DNA of 64,000 nt from an uncultured Actinomycetota bacterium. GTDB taxonomy: Bacteria > Actinomycetota > Actinomycetes > Mycobacteriales > SCTD01. Shown here piece after piece: positions 44,019 through 57,573 of the stretch. The stretch is from positions 3,324 through 67,323 of the forward strand of contig CAWDYD010000003.1 in the NCBI GenBank assembly GCA_963806415.1. Direction: 5' to 3'. The position numbers and the translations under genes were made by a program. The notes under the pieces were generated by a model. The model searched no databases. It was not told the DNA's origin and worked only from the letters and a program-made list of their open reading frames with translations. How positions within the stretch are numbered: position 1 is the first letter of the stretch; the number at the start of each line of letters is the position of its first letter.

Positions 44019-45332
44019 TCAGCGGTCCAGCGCCGCCGTCGGCAGGTCGGACGGGCTGCTGGTGCTCGGCGCCCCGGTCGCCCGGCGCTGCAGCAGGCGC
44101 ATGACCCGGTAGGTCACGACCGCAGCGAGGGAGCCGATCGAGATGCCCTCGAAGGACAGCTCGCCGGCCTCGAAGGAGTAGTTCGCCGCCCCGATGATGA
44201 CGGCGATCGCGGCGGTCACCAGGTTGACCGGGTCGCGGAAGTCGATCCGGGACTCGATCCAGATCCGGGCGCCGAGGACGGCGATGAGGCCGTACAGCAC
44301 GGTGGTGACCCCGCCGAGCACGCCCACCGGGATGGCGGCGACGACCGCGCCGACCTTGGGGGACAGGCCGAGCAGGATCGCGAACACCCCGGCGACGTAG
44401 TACGGCGCGGTGGAGTAGACGCGGGTGGCGGCCATCACCCCGATGTTCTCGGCGTACGTCGTGGTGCCCGAGCCGCCGCCGAACCCGGCGACGACGGTGG
44501 CCAGGCCGTCGCCGATGTACGCCCGGCCCATCGTGTCGTCGAGCGACCGCTCGGTCATCGACGCGACGGCCTTGACGTGCCCGGTGTTCTCGGCGACGAG
44601 CACCAGCACCACCGGCAGGACGAGCACGACCGCGTGCAGCGTGAAGGTCGGCGTCGTGAACTCCGGCAGGCCGACCCAGCCGGCCTCGCGCACCGCGTCG
44701 AACGACACGTCGCCGCGCAGCGCGGTCAGCAGGTACCCGACCACGACTCCGAGCACGATCGACAGGCGCCCGAGCAGCCCGCGGGACGCGACCGTGACCA
44801 CGACGACCACGAGCAGCGTGACGAGCGCGACGAACGGGTCCTCGGCGAAGTTCGCCTTCGCGACCGGCGCCAGGTTCAGGCCGATGAGCAGCACGATCGC
44901 GCCGGTGACGACGGGCGGCAGCAGCCACTCCACCGGCCCGGTGCCGACCGCCTGCACGAGCACCCCGACCAGGGCCAGCAGCGCGCCGGCGGCGACGATC
45001 CCGCCGAGCGCCTCGGCCATCCCGCCGTCGGCCTGCGCCGCGGTGACCGGCGCGATGAACGCGAAGCTCGAGCCGAGGTAGCTGGGCAGCCGGTTGCGGG
45101 TCACCAGCAGGAACAGCAGCGTCCCGATCCCGGAGAACAGCAGCGTCGTGCTCGGCGGGAACCCGGTGAGCACCGGCACCAGGAAGGTCGCCCCGAACAT
45201 CGCCACGACGTGCTGCAGCCCGATCCCGATCGTGTACGGCCAGGCGAGGCGCTCGTCCGGGCGCACGACGGCGTCCGGCGCGACGGTCCGGCCGTCGCCG
45301 TGCAGGGTCCAGGGGGACACGGTGCTCCTCAT
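44019..45332 (-). CDS. Uracil/xanthine permease (NCS2)
   Basis: LQHVVAMFG, YLGSSFAFI, TTTYAENIG. Confidence 0.93.
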   Translation of the reverse strand: MRSTVSPWTLHGDGRTVAPDAVVRPDERLAWPYTIGIGLQHVVAMFGATFLVPVLTGFPPSTTLLFSGIGTLLFLLVTRNRLPSYLGSSFAFIAPVTAAQADGGMAEALGGIVAAGALLALVGVLVQAVGTGPVEWLLPPVVTGAIVLLIGLNLAPVAKANFAEDPFVALVTLLVVVVVTVASRGLLGRLSIVLGVVVGYLLTALRGDVSFDAVREAGWVGLPEFTTPTFTLHAVVLVLPVVLVLVAENTGHVKAVASMTERSLDDTMGRAYIGDGLATVVAGFGGGSGTTTYAENIGVMAATRVYSTAPYYVAGVFAILLGLSPKVGAVVAAIPVGVLGGVTTVLYGLIAVLGARIWIESRIDFRDPVNLVTAAIAVIIGAANYSFEAGELSFEGISIGSLAAVVTYRVMRLLQRRATGAPSTSSPSDLPTAALDR

Positions 45333-45463
45333 GCGCAGGGGAAGGGCGCGCGAGAGGGTAGCGGCGCGGACCGCTCGCCCCGGATTCCCCGAGGTGGCGG
45401 GGCCGGAGCGGGCGCGGGCCCGAGGTGGCCGGGCCCGAGGTGGCGGGGGCTAGCGTCGGGCAG

Positions 45464-46105
45464 GTGCGCACCCTCGTCGTCGACCACCCGCTCGTCGCCC
45501 ACAAGCTGACCGCGCTGCGCGATGTCCGGACCGACTCGCCGACCTTCCGCCGGCTGGCCGACGAGCTCGTGACGCTGCTGGCGTACGAGGCGACCCGGGC
45601 GATCCGCACCGAGCCGGTCGAGGTGAGCACCCCGGTCGCTCCGGCCGCCGGGGTGCGCCTGGCCCGGCCGCTGCCGCTGGTGGTGCCGGTGCTGCGGGCC
45701 GGTCTCGGCATGCTCGACGGGATGACCCGGCTGCTGCCGACCGCCGAGGTGGGCTTCCTCGGGATGGTGCGGGACGAGGGCTCGCTGGTCGCCACGACCT
45801 ACGCCACCCGGCTGCCCGAGGACCTGTCCCGGCGGGAGGTGTTCGTGCTCGACCCCATGCTCGCCACCGGCGGCACCCTGGTGGCGACCATCGACCTGCT
45901 GGTGCAGCGCGGTGCCAGCAGCGTCACGGCGATCTGCCTGCTGGCAGCCCCCGAGGGCCTGGCCCGGGTCGACGAGGCCTTCCGGGACGACGCGGGCTGC
46001 CCGGTGACGGTGGTCACGGCCGGGGTCGACGAGCGGCTCGACGAGCGGGGCTACATCACGCCCGGTCTCGGCGACGCCGGCGACCGGTTGTACGGCGTGG
46101 TCTGA
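45464..46105 (+). CDS. upp: Uracil phosphoribosyltransferase
   Basis: [28 protein letters not shown]. Confidence 0.96.
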   Translation: MRTLVVDHPLVAHKLTALRDVRTDSPTFRRLADELVTLLAYEATRAIRTEPVEVSTPVAPAAGVRLARPLPLVVPVLRAGLGMLDGMTRLLPTAEVGFLGMVRDEGSLVATTYATRLPEDLSRREVFVLDPMLATGGTLVATIDLLVQRGASSVTAICLLAAPEGLARVDEAFRDDAGCPVTVVTAGVDERLDERGYITPGLGDAGDRLYGVV

Positions 46106-46186
46106 CCCCCGGCGGGGGGCTCTCGCGTGACCCGGTAGGCGCCGGTAGCCTCCTGAAACTTTCCCTGTCGCCCCAGGAGGCACGCG

Positions 46187-48870
<2,684 letters not shown>

Positions 48871-49497
48871 GTGTTGCTGCTCTCTCTGTCCAAGACTCTG
48901 CGCCGGCTCGTCGCGCTGGTCGTGCTGGCCGGCCTCCTGCTCGTCGGCGGGACGGCCGGCGCGGTCTGGTGGGTGGCCCGGCAGGACGACCGGGCGGCCA
49001 GCGACGTGATCGCGGTGCTGGGCGCCAGCCAGTTCGACGGCCGGCCCAGCTCGGTGCTGGAGGCGCGGCTGGAGCACGCCAGGACGCTGTTCCGGGCCGG
49101 CGTCGCGCCCCGGGTGGTCACGCTCGGCGGGTCGGCGCCGGGCGACCGGTTCACCGAGGCCGACGCCGGGGCGCGCTACCTGCGGGACCGCGACGTCGGT
49201 GCGGTCGTCGGGGTCGGCGAGGGCCGGGACACCCTGCACAGCCTGCAGGCCCTGCAGCGCGAGATGGCCGACCGCGGCTGGCGGACCGCGGTGCTGGTCA
49301 CCGACCCGTGGCACATGATGCGCTCGCTGCGGATGGCGAGCGACCTCGGCATCGACGCGGTGGGCTCACCGACCCGGCGCGGGCCGTCGGTGCGCACCCG
49401 CGCGACGGAGGTGCGCTACATCGCCCGCGAGACCGCCGGCTACCTGTACTACCGCGTGTTCGGACACGGCAGCGGCGGCGGGCCGAGCGCTGTCTGA
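48871..49497 (+). CDS. YdcF/DUF218 family protein
   Basis: N-terminal [25 protein letters not shown]. Confidence 0.85.
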   Translation: MLLLSLSKTLRRLVALVVLAGLLLVGGTAGAVWWVARQDDRAASDVIAVLGASQFDGRPSSVLEARLEHARTLFRAGVAPRVVTLGGSAPGDRFTEADAGARYLRDRDVGAVVGVGEGRDTLHSLQALQREMADRGWRTAVLVTDPWHMMRSLRMASDLGIDAVGSPTRRGPSVRTRATEVRYIARETAGYLYYRVFGHGSGGGPSAV

Positions 49498-49519
49498 CCC
49501 CGCCCCTATCTTGGGCGGC

Positions 49520-50755
49520 GTGACCGACCGACAGGCCCGCGGGACCGGCGGCGACGGCTACCGCACCGCCGACCGCGCCCGGCTGGTCGGCGGCGAGGAG
49601 CGCGACGGACGCAGCTCCTTCCAGCGCGACCGCGCCCGCGTGCTGCACTCCGGCGCGCTGCGCCGGCTCGCCGGCAAGACCCAGGTCGTCGAGCCGATCA
49701 CGCCGTCCCCGGCGGCGCCGCGGACCCGGCTGACGCACTCGCTGGAGTGCGCGCAGGTGGGTCGCGAGCTGGGCGCCGCGCTCGGCTGCGACCCGGACCT
49801 GGTCGACGCCGCCTGCCTGGCCCACGACCTCGGGCACCCGCCGTACGGGCACAACGGCGAGGCGGCGCTGGACGAGGCGGCGCAGGGCTGCGGCGGGTTC
49901 GAGGGCAACGCGCAGTCGCTGCGGGTGCTCACCCGGCTGGAGGTCAAGGTGCCCGGGGCGGGCCTGGACCTGACCCGGGCGGCGCTGGACGCCGCCACCA
50001 AGTACCCCTGGCCGCGGCGGGACGGCAGCGCCAAGTTCGGCGTGTACGACGACGACCTGCCGGTCTTCCAGTGGTTGCGCGCCGGGGCGCCGGCCGGGGA
50101 GCGCTGCCTGGAGTCGCAGGTGATGGACTGGGCCGACGACGTCGCCTACTCGGTGCACGACCTGGAGGACGGCGTGCTGGCCGGGCTGGTCCGGCTGGAG
50201 GACGTCCGGTCCGAGCCCGAGCGCGAGGAGCTGGCCGAGCTCGCCGCGCAGGTGTACAGCCCGGAGAGCGCGGCCGACCTGCGCACGGTGCTGGACGACC
50301 TGCTCGCCCGGCCCTCCTGGCCGGCCGGCTACGACGGCGGGTCGGCGACCACGGCGGACCTCAAGGCCGCGGCGAGCGAGCTGATCGGGCGGTTCTGCGT
50401 CGCCGCGGAGGACGCCACCCGCGCCCGCTACGGCGACGGCCCGCTCACCCGGTACGCCGCCTCGCTCGTCGTGCCCCGCACCGAGCGCGCCGAGTGCGCG
50501 CTGCTCAAGGCGGTCGCCGCCCGGTACGTCATGGCCCGGGCGGGGGCCCGGGACGCGCAGGCCCGGGAGCGCTCGGTCGTGCGGACGCTCGTCGAGAGGC
50601 TCTGCGCGCGGCCCGAGGAGCTGGGCCCGCTGGCCCGGGAGGCCTACGACGCCGCCGGCGACGACGCCGGCCGTCTGCGGTCCGTCGTCGACCAGGTGGC
50701 CAGCCTCACCGACGCGTCCGCCCTGCACCTGCACGCCCGGCTCACGGCCTCCTGA
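49520..50755 (+). CDS. dgt: dGTP triphosphohydrolase (HD domain)
   Basis: [37 protein letters not shown]. Confidence 0.93.
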   Translation: MTDRQARGTGGDGYRTADRARLVGGEERDGRSSFQRDRARVLHSGALRRLAGKTQVVEPITPSPAAPRTRLTHSLECAQVGRELGAALGCDPDLVDAACLAHDLGHPPYGHNGEAALDEAAQGCGGFEGNAQSLRVLTRLEVKVPGAGLDLTRAALDAATKYPWPRRDGSAKFGVYDDDLPVFQWLRAGAPAGERCLESQVMDWADDVAYSVHDLEDGVLAGLVRLEDVRSEPEREELAELAAQVYSPESAADLRTVLDDLLARPSWPAGYDGGSATTADLKAAASELIGRFCVAAEDATRARYGDGPLTRYAASLVVPRTERAECALLKAVAARYVMARAGARDAQARERSVVRTLVERLCARPEELGPLAREAYDAAGDDAGRLRSVVDQVASLTDASALHLHARLTAS

Positions 50756-50890
50756 CGGCCGCCCGGGGCGAGTGTGCAGGACGCCCTGACAGACGGCGTC
50801 CCGGCCGTACAGTGGGCGCGGCAGCCCCCGGCCCCGGCGAGCCGCGGTCCGGCACGGGAACGGCCCGAGCGAGGCAGGACGGGGTGGACG

Positions 50891-52744
50891 ATGGCGGGAC
50901 GGATCCGTGACGCGGACGTCGTCCTCGTCCGCGAGCGCGCCCGCATCGACGAGGTCATCGGGGAGCGCCTGCAGCTGCGGCCGGCCGGCGGCGGCCGGCT
51001 CAAGGGGCTGTGCCCCTTTCACGACGAGAAGTCGCCGTCGTTCAACGTCAACCCGACGCTCGGCTTCTACCACTGCTTCGGCTGCGGGGTCTCCGGCGAC
51101 GTCATCACCTTCCTGCGCGAGTCCGAGCACCTGAGCTTCGTCGAGGCCGTCGAGATGCTCGCCGGCCGGTACGCGATCACCCTCACCTACGAGCAGGGGT
51201 CGGCGGCGCCCGGTCGGCAGAGCAGCCAGCGGACCCGGCTGGTCGAGGCCAACCGCGCCGCCGCGGCGTTCTTCGCCGAGCAGCTCTCCGGGCCGGCCGC
51301 CGGGACCGCCCGCACCTTCCTCGCCGAGCGCGGCTTCGACCGCGACGCCGCGGGAGCGTACGGGCTGGGCTACGCCCCCGAGGGCTGGGACGTGCTGGTC
51401 AAGCACCTGCGGGCCAAGGGCTTCTCCGGGGAGGAGCTGCTGGCGGTCGGGCTGGCCAGCGCCGGCAGGCAGGGGCCGATCGACCGGTTCCGCAACCGGC
51501 TGGTCTGGCCGATCCGTGACCTCACCGGCGAGGTGGTGGGCTTCGGTGCCCGCAAGCTGGCGACCGACCCCCGCGACGACAGCCCCAAGTACCTCAACAC
51601 CCCGGAGACCCCGCTCTACAAGAAGAGCGCGGTGCTGTACGGCCTGGAGGCCGCCAAGAAGGAGATCGCCAAGCGACGGCAGGCGGTGGTGGTCGAGGGC
51701 TACACCGACGTGATGGCCTGCCACCTGGCCGGGGTCCCGACCGCGGTCGCCACCTGCGGGACGGCCTTCGGCAGCGAGCACATCGGGGTCCTGCGCCGGC
51801 TGCTGATGGACTCCGGCGAGCTGCGCGGCGAGGTGGTGTTCCTGTTCGACGGCGACGCGGCCGGCCAGAAGGCCGCGCTCAAGGCCTTCGACAGCGACCA
51901 GGAGTTCGTCACGCAGACGTTCATCGCGGTCAGCCCGGGCGGCAGCGACCCGTGCGAGCTCCGGCTGGCCCGGGGCGACGCGGCGGTCCGCGACCTGGTG
52001 GCGAGCCGCGTGCCGCTGGTGGAGTTCGCGCTGCGCAAGGCGCTGGAGCGCTACGACCTGGAGACGGCGGAGGGGCGGGTCGGCGCGCTGGCCGCGGCGG
52101 CGCCGCTGGTCGCCAAGATCAAGGACCGCGCGCTGCGTCCCGAGTACGCCCGCCGCCTGGCCGGCTGGCTCGGCATGGACGTGGAGACCGTGCTGGGCCG
52201 GGTCTCCGAGCTCAGCGGGGACTCCGCCGGCCGGGGCCCGCGCCGGCCGGCGGCGCCCCGACCGGCCGCCGACGCGGCGGCGCTGGCGGTCGAGCGCGAG
52301 GCGGTCAAGCTCGCCGTCCAGCTGCCCGTCCTGGCCGGTCCGGTCTTCGACGGGATCGACGAGCAGGCCTGGACCGACCCGGGCCTGCGGGCCGTCCGGG
52401 CTCTGATCGCCAAGGCGGGCGGCGCGTCGGGCACGGCGGGCGGCGAGGCCTGGGTCGCGGCGCTGCGGGAAGCGGCCGACGACTCGGCGGTGCGCACGCT
52501 CGTCACCGTGCTGGCGGTCGAGTCGCTGCGCAGCGACGCGGCCGCCGACGAGCGGTACGCCGCGGCGGTGCTCAGCCGGCTGCAGGAGTTCGCGCTGAGC
52601 CGGCGGATCGCCGAGCTGAAGCCGCAGCTGCAACGGATCAACCCGGTGGAGGATCCCGAGCGGTACGGCCGGGCGTTCGCCGAACTGGTTCAGCTCGAGC
52701 AGAGCGTGCGAGCGCTCCGGGAGCGGGGGGCGGGGCAGCTGTGA
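50891..52744 (+). CDS. dnaG: DNA primase
   Basis: CPFH...CFGC zinc finger, PKYLN, EGYTD, FDGDAAG. Confidence 0.97.
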   Translation: MAGRIRDADVVLVRERARIDEVIGERLQLRPAGGGRLKGLCPFHDEKSPSFNVNPTLGFYHCFGCGVSGDVITFLRESEHLSFVEAVEMLAGRYAITLTYEQGSAAPGRQSSQRTRLVEANRAAAAFFAEQLSGPAAGTARTFLAERGFDRDAAGAYGLGYAPEGWDVLVKHLRAKGFSGEELLAVGLASAGRQGPIDRFRNRLVWPIRDLTGEVVGFGARKLATDPRDDSPKYLNTPETPLYKKSAVLYGLEAAKKEIAKRRQAVVVEGYTDVMACHLAGVPTAVATCGTAFGSEHIGVLRRLLMDSGELRGEVVFLFDGDAAGQKAALKAFDSDQEFVTQTFIAVSPGGSDPCELRLARGDAAVRDLVASRVPLVEFALRKALERYDLETAEGRVGALAAAAPLVAKIKDRALRPEYARRLAGWLGMDVETVLGRVSELSGDSAGRGPRRPAAPRPAADAAALAVEREAVKLAVQLPVLAGPVFDGIDEQAWTDPGLRAVRALIAKAGGASGTAGGEAWVAALREAADDSAVRTLVTVLAVESLRSDAAADERYAAAVLSRLQEFALSRRIAELKPQLQRINPVEDPERYGRAFAELVQLEQSVRALRERGAGQL

Positions 52745-53979
52745 GTCCGGAGCAGGCAGGGTCCGTCGTGCAGACCTCCTCCCCGCCTGCTCCGGACGAC
52801 CTGTTCACCGCACCCGGGCTGCGGGAGCTGCTCGCCCGCGGCCGGGCGGCCGGGTCGTTGCGCACCGAGGAGATCGCACTCGCCGTCGGCGCCGCGGAGC
52901 TCCCGCTCGACCAGCTCGACGTCGTCCTGCGGGCGATCGCCGACGCCGGGGTCGAGGTGCTGGACGGTGAGCCGGACGAGCCGGGGGGAGGGTCGTCGCC
53001 CGACCCCGAGGAGGAGGCGCGGGACGCCCAGCTGGCCCGGCAGGAGGAGGCGGAGGCGCGCGCCGCGCCCACCAGCGACCCGGTGCGGCTGTACCTCAAG
53101 GAGATCGGCAAGGTCGCGCTGCTCACCGCCGAGCAGGAGGTCGACCTCGCCAAGCGCATCGAGGCCGGGCTGTTCGCCGCGGAGAAGCTGACCAACGGCG
53201 ACGTGCTGGCGGCGGCGATGCGCCGCGACCTGGCCGCGGTCGAGTGGGACGGCGCCATCGCCAAGCGGCAGCTGGTCGAGGCGAACCTGCGGCTGGTGGT
53301 CAGCATCGCCAAGCGCTACGTCGGTCGCGGCATGCTGTTCCTCGACCTCATCCAGGAGGGCAACCTGGGGCTGATCCGGGCGGTCGAGAAGTTCGACTAC
53401 ACCAAGGGCTTCAAGTTCTCCACGTACGCGACCTGGTGGATCCGCCAGGCGATCACCCGGGCCATCGCCGACCAGGCCCGGACGATCCGGATCCCGGTGC
53501 ACATGGTCGAGACCATCAACAAGCTGGTCCGGCTGCAGCGCCAGATGCTGCAGGAGCTGGGCCGGGAGCCGACTCCGGAGGAGCTCGGCGCGGCGCTGGA
53601 GCTGACCCCGCAGAAGGTGCTGGAGATCCAGAAGCTGGCCCAGGAGCCGGTGTCGCTGGACACCCCGATCGGCACCGAGGAGGACTCCCACCTGGGGGAC
53701 TTCATCGAGGACAGCGACGCGGTCGTGCCGGCCGACGCGGCGTCGTTCATCCTGCTGCAGGAGCAGCTGGAGAGGGTGCTGCACAGCCTGTCCGAGCGCG
53801 AGCAGAAGGTCATCTCGCTGCGCTTCGGGCTCGACGACGGGCATCCGCGCACGCTGGAGGAGGTCGGCCGGGAGTTCGGTGTCACCCGCGAGCGGATCCG
53901 GCAGATCGAGAGCAAGACGCTGTCCAAGCTGCGGCACCCGTCGCGGTCGGACAAGCTGCGCGACTACCTGGACGAGTGA
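52741..53979 (+). CDS. rpoD: RNA polymerase sigma-70 factor (RpoD/Hrd-like)
   Basis: [41 protein letters not shown]; could be a paralog rather than the primary sigma. Confidence 0.85.
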   Translation: MSPEQAGSVVQTSSPPAPDDLFTAPGLRELLARGRAAGSLRTEEIALAVGAAELPLDQLDVVLRAIADAGVEVLDGEPDEPGGGSSPDPEEEARDAQLARQEEAEARAAPTSDPVRLYLKEIGKVALLTAEQEVDLAKRIEAGLFAAEKLTNGDVLAAAMRRDLAAVEWDGAIAKRQLVEANLRLVVSIAKRYVGRGMLFLDLIQEGNLGLIRAVEKFDYTKGFKFSTYATWWIRQAITRAIADQARTIRIPVHMVETINKLVRLQRQMLQELGREPTPEELGAALELTPQKVLEIQKLAQEPVSLDTPIGTEEDSHLGDFIEDSDAVVPADAASFILLQEQLERVLHSLSEREQKVISLRFGLDDGHPRTLEEVGREFGVTRERIRQIESKTLSKLRHPSRSDKLRDYLDE

Positions 53980-53998
53980 TCGGCTCTAGGCTCGGCCC

Positions 53999-54490
53999 AT
54001 GCGCCTGCTGCGTCGTCGTGCCCTGCCGGACGCCGTCCGGAGCGTCCGGCTGCCGCCGGGTGAGCGCCGGGTCGCCTGGGCGGTGACCGCCGCGGGGGAG
54101 GGCGTCGTCGCCACCGACTGGGCGCTCGTGCTGCCCGGGACGGGCCGGCTGGAGTGGGCGCAGGTGGAGCGGGCGTCCTGGCAGCCGCCCCGGATGACCG
54201 TGCGGGAGGTCGCCGAGACCGACGGCGCCGGGGTGGCGCACGTGCTGGAGCTGGCTCAGGAGGGGGACCTGCCGGCGGCGGTCCGGGCCCGGGTGACCGG
54301 CAGCGTGGCCTGGTCGGCGCACGAGCGGCTCCCCTCGGGCGGCGGTGTGCGCATCGTCGGGCGCCGGGTGCTGGGCCAGGAGCTGCTCAGCTGGCAGCTG
54401 GTCTTCGACGCCGGTACCGACCCCGCGGACCCGGCAGCCCGGGAGCAGGCGCAGGCGCTGCTGGAGGCGGCCCGCCGGTCGGTGGGCTGA
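53999..54490 (+). CDS. Hypothetical protein
   Basis: Coding-like composition; ATG 6 nt after TAGGCT. Confidence 0.7.
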   Translation: MRLLRRRALPDAVRSVRLPPGERRVAWAVTAAGEGVVATDWALVLPGTGRLEWAQVERASWQPPRMTVREVAETDGAGVAHVLELAQEGDLPAAVRARVTGSVAWSAHERLPSGGGVRIVGRRVLGQELLSWQLVFDAGTDPADPAAREQAQALLEAARRSVG

Positions 54491-54504
54491 GCCGGGCCGC
54501 GGGT

Positions 54505-55606
54505 TCAGCCGGCCAGCAGCGCGGCCGGGCCGGCCAGGCTGGCCGGCGCCGCGGGACCGGCCAGGCCGATCGGTGCGGCTGCGTCGGCCGGTGCGCGCAG
54601 CAGCCGCAGCACGGCCGCCTCCAGGGTGCCCTGGACCGCCGGCTGCCCGAAGACGGTGTCCAGTCCCAGGTCGGGCAGCTCGTCGGCCACGGTGACGCCG
54701 TGCTCGTACAGGTCGAGAACCCGGGGGTCGATGTAGGAGGCCCGGCAGACCGCCGGGGTGTTGCCCAGGTAGCGCGCCACCTCCTGCACCACCCGGGTGA
54801 CGGCGCGCCTGCGGGCGGTGGGGCTGGTGGCCTCGGTGGACACCGCCAGCCCCACCGCGGCGAAGACGGTGGCGTTCCAGGTGCGGAAGTCCTTCGCCGT
54901 GTACTCGCCCGCCGGTCACCGCCTGCAGGTGGGCGTTGATGTCGTTGCTCTTCACGTCGACCCAGCGGTCGCCGTCCTTCCACGCCAGCAGCTCCTCGTC
55001 GCCGCCACGCCGGCGCTTCATCGCCGTCACCACCCGGACGACGTCGGCGTCGGCGACGGCCTGCACCCGGTGCTTGCCGCTCTTGGCGGTGTAGTCGAAC
55101 GTGATCACCCCGGCACGGGACACCGTCACGTGCTCGCGGCGCAGCGTCGCGAGGCCGAAGGTGCCGTTCTGCTCGGCGTACTGCTCGCTGCCGACCCGGA
55201 AGAAGCCCAGGTCCAGCAGCCGGACCGCGCAGGCCAGCACGCGCCGCCGGGTGAGCTGCCGGTCGGCGAGGTGCTCGGCGATCTGCGCACGCGCCGCGGG
55301 CAGGGCGGTCGCGAAGTCCAGGATGCGCTCGTGCTTGGCGAGGTCGCGGGTGACCCGCCACTGGTCGTGGTAGCGGTACTGCCGGCGGCCGCGGGCATCC
55401 ACTCCGGTGGCCTGGATGTGGCCCGAGGCGGTCGGGCAGATCCACACGTCCTGCCAGGCCGGCGGCAGCACCAGCGCCTCGATGCGGGCGAGCACGGCCG
55501 GGTCGGTGACCCGCCGACCGGCCGCGTCGACGTACGCGAACCCGCTGCCGAGGCGTCGTCGGGCCAGGCCCGGCCCGGAGCAGCTGACGCGGGTGAGGCG
55601 GGGCAC
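54505..55606 (-). CDS. Bacterial DNA topoisomerase IB (one frameshift near 54910)
   Basis: LPPAW, GRRQYRY, GFFRVGS, AKSG, AKDFRTW, LGNTPAVCRASY. Confidence 0.9.
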
Positions 55607-55634
55607 GGCCGGCGTGTACCCGCTTCCGGACGCG

Positions 55635-55669
55635 CCGACGCCCCCGACCGCGGGGGTCGGGGGCGTCGG
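55635..55669. terminator. 15-bp hairpin
   Basis: CCGACGCCCCCGACC-gcggg-GGTCGGGGGCGTCGG. Confidence 0.65.
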
Positions 55670-55689
55670 GGGCGCCAGGGGCCGGGAGG

Positions 55690-56127
55690 TCAGGCCTCCG
55701 GCTCGAGGTGCATCGCGGACTCCTCGGCGCTGTAGCCGCCGAGGTCGGTGCCGACGTCCGCTGCGACGAGGTCGCTCTCGGTGTCACTGCGGCTGCCCTC
55801 GTCGGGCTCGACGATCCGGCCGACGCCCTGGCCGGCCCGCTCGTCGAAGGGGGTGTCGGTACCGGCCGACTCGTCCGCCGGGACGGCGGCCTCGTCGAGC
55901 ACGTCCGGCTGCTCCCGGGCGAGCCGGGTGTCCAGGGACTCGCCGTCGTGCTGCTCCTGGGCGGTGGTGCCCACGTCGTCGACGGCGAGAGCGGTGTCGT
56001 GCGGCGGCTCCTCGCCGTAGCCGGCGCCCGCCTCCCCGGTGGCGTCCTGGCCGGGCCCGGTCTCGCCCGGGTCCGGCAGGCCCTCGGCCTCGAACTCCGA
56101 GGGTCGTTCCGGGATGCGGGATGTCAT
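55690..56127 (-). CDS. Acidic DUF5709-like protein
   Basis: GTTAQEQHDGESLDTRLAREQPD, GRIV, SAEESAMH; AAGGA RBS. Confidence 0.8.
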   Translation of the reverse strand: MTSRIPERPSEFEAEGLPDPGETGPGQDATGEAGAGYGEEPPHDTALAVDDVGTTAQEQHDGESLDTRLAREQPDVLDEAAVPADESAGTDTPFDERAGQGVGRIVEPDEGSRSDTESDLVAADVGTDLGGYSAEESAMHLEPEA

Positions 56128-56158
56128 CTGGTGGTCCTTCCGTGGGGGACGCGAGCGG

Positions 56159-56617
56159 TCAGTAGCTGGCGGCCGGCGGCGTCGCGGACTCGATGGTGGT
56201 CTTGAAGGCCTCCAGCGCGCGCTCGACCTTGTCCTGCGGGTCGGCGAACAGCGAGGCGACCGCGTCACCCAGGACGCCGCCGGGCGGGTCGTACTGCAGG
56301 CTGACCTCGACCCCGGTGCTGGCTCCGTGGTCGTCGAAGCGGACGGCGCCGGCGTTCTTGACGTCCAGGCCGCTGCTGTCCTCGGTCGCCCAGGCGATCC
56401 GGGTGTTCTCGACGTCCTCCACGATCCGCGCGTCCCACTCCACGGTCTTGCCGAGCGGACCACGCACCTTCCAGTGCGTGACCGCCGTGCTGCCGCCGTG
56501 CGCCTCGACGGACTCCACGTCCGGCAGGATCTGGGGCAGGTTCGTCAGGCCCCGCCACCACGCGTAGCACTGCGCGGCGGAAGCGTTGACCTCGAGGTAG
56601 TGCGCGACGGTTCCCAT
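56159..56617 (-). CDS. SRPBCC (cyclase-like) family protein
   Basis: WRGLTNLP, THWKV, WDARI, IAW, GAVRF, YDPP. Confidence 0.88.
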   Translation of the reverse strand: MGTVAHYLEVNASAAQCYAWWRGLTNLPQILPDVESVEAHGGSTAVTHWKVRGPLGKTVEWDARIVEDVENTRIAWATEDSSGLDVKNAGAVRFDDHGASTGVEVSLQYDPPGGVLGDAVASLFADPQDKVERALEAFKTTIESATPPAASY

Positions 56618-56650
56618 GCTGTCCTCTCGATGGATGTACGGGGGCGTGCG

Positions 56651-56683
56651 GGTCCCGCCGGCAGGCGACCTGCCGGCGGGACC
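56651..56683. terminator. 15-bp intergenic hairpin
   Basis: GGTCCCGCCGGCAGG-cga-CCTGCCGGCGGGACC. Confidence 0.6.
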
Positions 56684-56700
56684 GGGGTGTCCTGCGGGGG

Positions 56701-57150
56701 CTACGGGTTGGGGGCCGTGGCGCTCGGCGCCGCGCCGACGATCGGACCGGTCGGGGTGCCCGACGTCGTGCCGGTCGGCGTGCTGCCGGGGGCCCCGGCC
56801 GTGGTGCCGCCGACCGCCCCTGCCGCCGTGCCGCCCGACGCCGTGCCGCCGGACGCCGCGCCGCCGGAGCCGGCCGCCTCGCGGGCCTTGTCCGAGGCCT
56901 CGTCGACCTTGTCCGCCACCGCGCTCACCGTCTCGTTGACCGACGCCTTCGCGTCCGCGGCGGCGGCCCTGGCCTTGTCGGCCGCCACCTCCGCGGTCGA
57001 GCTGGCCCGGTCGGTGAGGTCACGGACTGCGGGCTTGCCCATCAGCTGACGCGCCTGGCGCTCGATCTGGGCGTAGCGCTCCTTGCCGGCCCGCGCGCCG
57101 AGGACGTAGCCGGCGGCGAAGCCGATGCCGAGAGTGAGCTTGCGAATCAC
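56701..57150 (-). CDS. YtxH-like protein
   Basis: GFAAGYVLGARAGKERYAQI followed by an Ala/Lys-rich helix; AGGAGG RBS. Confidence 0.8.
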   Translation of the reverse strand: MIRKLTLGIGFAAGYVLGARAGKERYAQIERQARQLMGKPAVRDLTDRASSTAEVAADKARAAAADAKASVNETVSAVADKVDEASDKAREAAGSGGAASGGTASGGTAAGAVGGTTAGAPGSTPTGTTSGTPTGPIVGAAPSATAPNP

Positions 57151-57275
57151 GCTGTCCTCCTGAGGTGGGTGGATCGTCGACGGGCCCCTACCCCACGCCC
57201 GCCCGCACTCACCCGTTCCGGGCAGCCGGTGCCGGTGCGCTAGTCTGGCGCGGCCCGCCGGGGAACCGGCGACCG

Positions 57276-57348
57276 TCCCGCGTAGCTCAATTGGCAGAGC
57301 ATGCGACTGTTAATCGCAGGGTTCCTGGTTCAAGTCCAGGCGCGGGAG
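57276..57348 (+). tRNA. tRNA-Asn(GTT)
   Basis: Acceptor stem TCCCGCG/CGCGGGA, D arm, anticodon GTT at 57309-57311, GGTTCAAGTCC T loop; CCA not encoded. Confidence 0.96.
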
Positions 57349-57538
57349 CTCGAATGGCCCGGACCCGGCCGCGGTCCGTCGGTCGGCCGGTCGGCGCTGT
57401 GCTGCCGGGCCGCGGAGCCGGACGCTCCGGGAGCCGGCAGGTGACGACGTGCAGCTCGGCGGCGTGGTTCAGCCGCACGCCGGGCGGAGCCGGTCCGGCC
57501 GTGGTTCGGGCAGGTCGCAGGGGGCGGCCGGGTCGTCC

Positions 57539-57567
57539 TTGACGACTGAATGAACGACATACAAACT
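57539..57567 (+). promoter_or_regulatory. Sigma70-type promoter overlapping a palindromic operator
   Basis: TTGACG-N17-CAAACT containing TGAATG-N5-CATACA (57547-57563). Confidence 0.6.
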
Positions 57568-57573
57568 CCGGGG

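Noticed and set aside
41358-45509. 1383-aa ORF and other very long ORFs (1560..5033, 49298..52633, 57747..61403)
   Set aside because: Shadow/antisense frames typical of high-GC DNA; only the segment from 42681 to about 43160 of this ORF looks like real coding sequence
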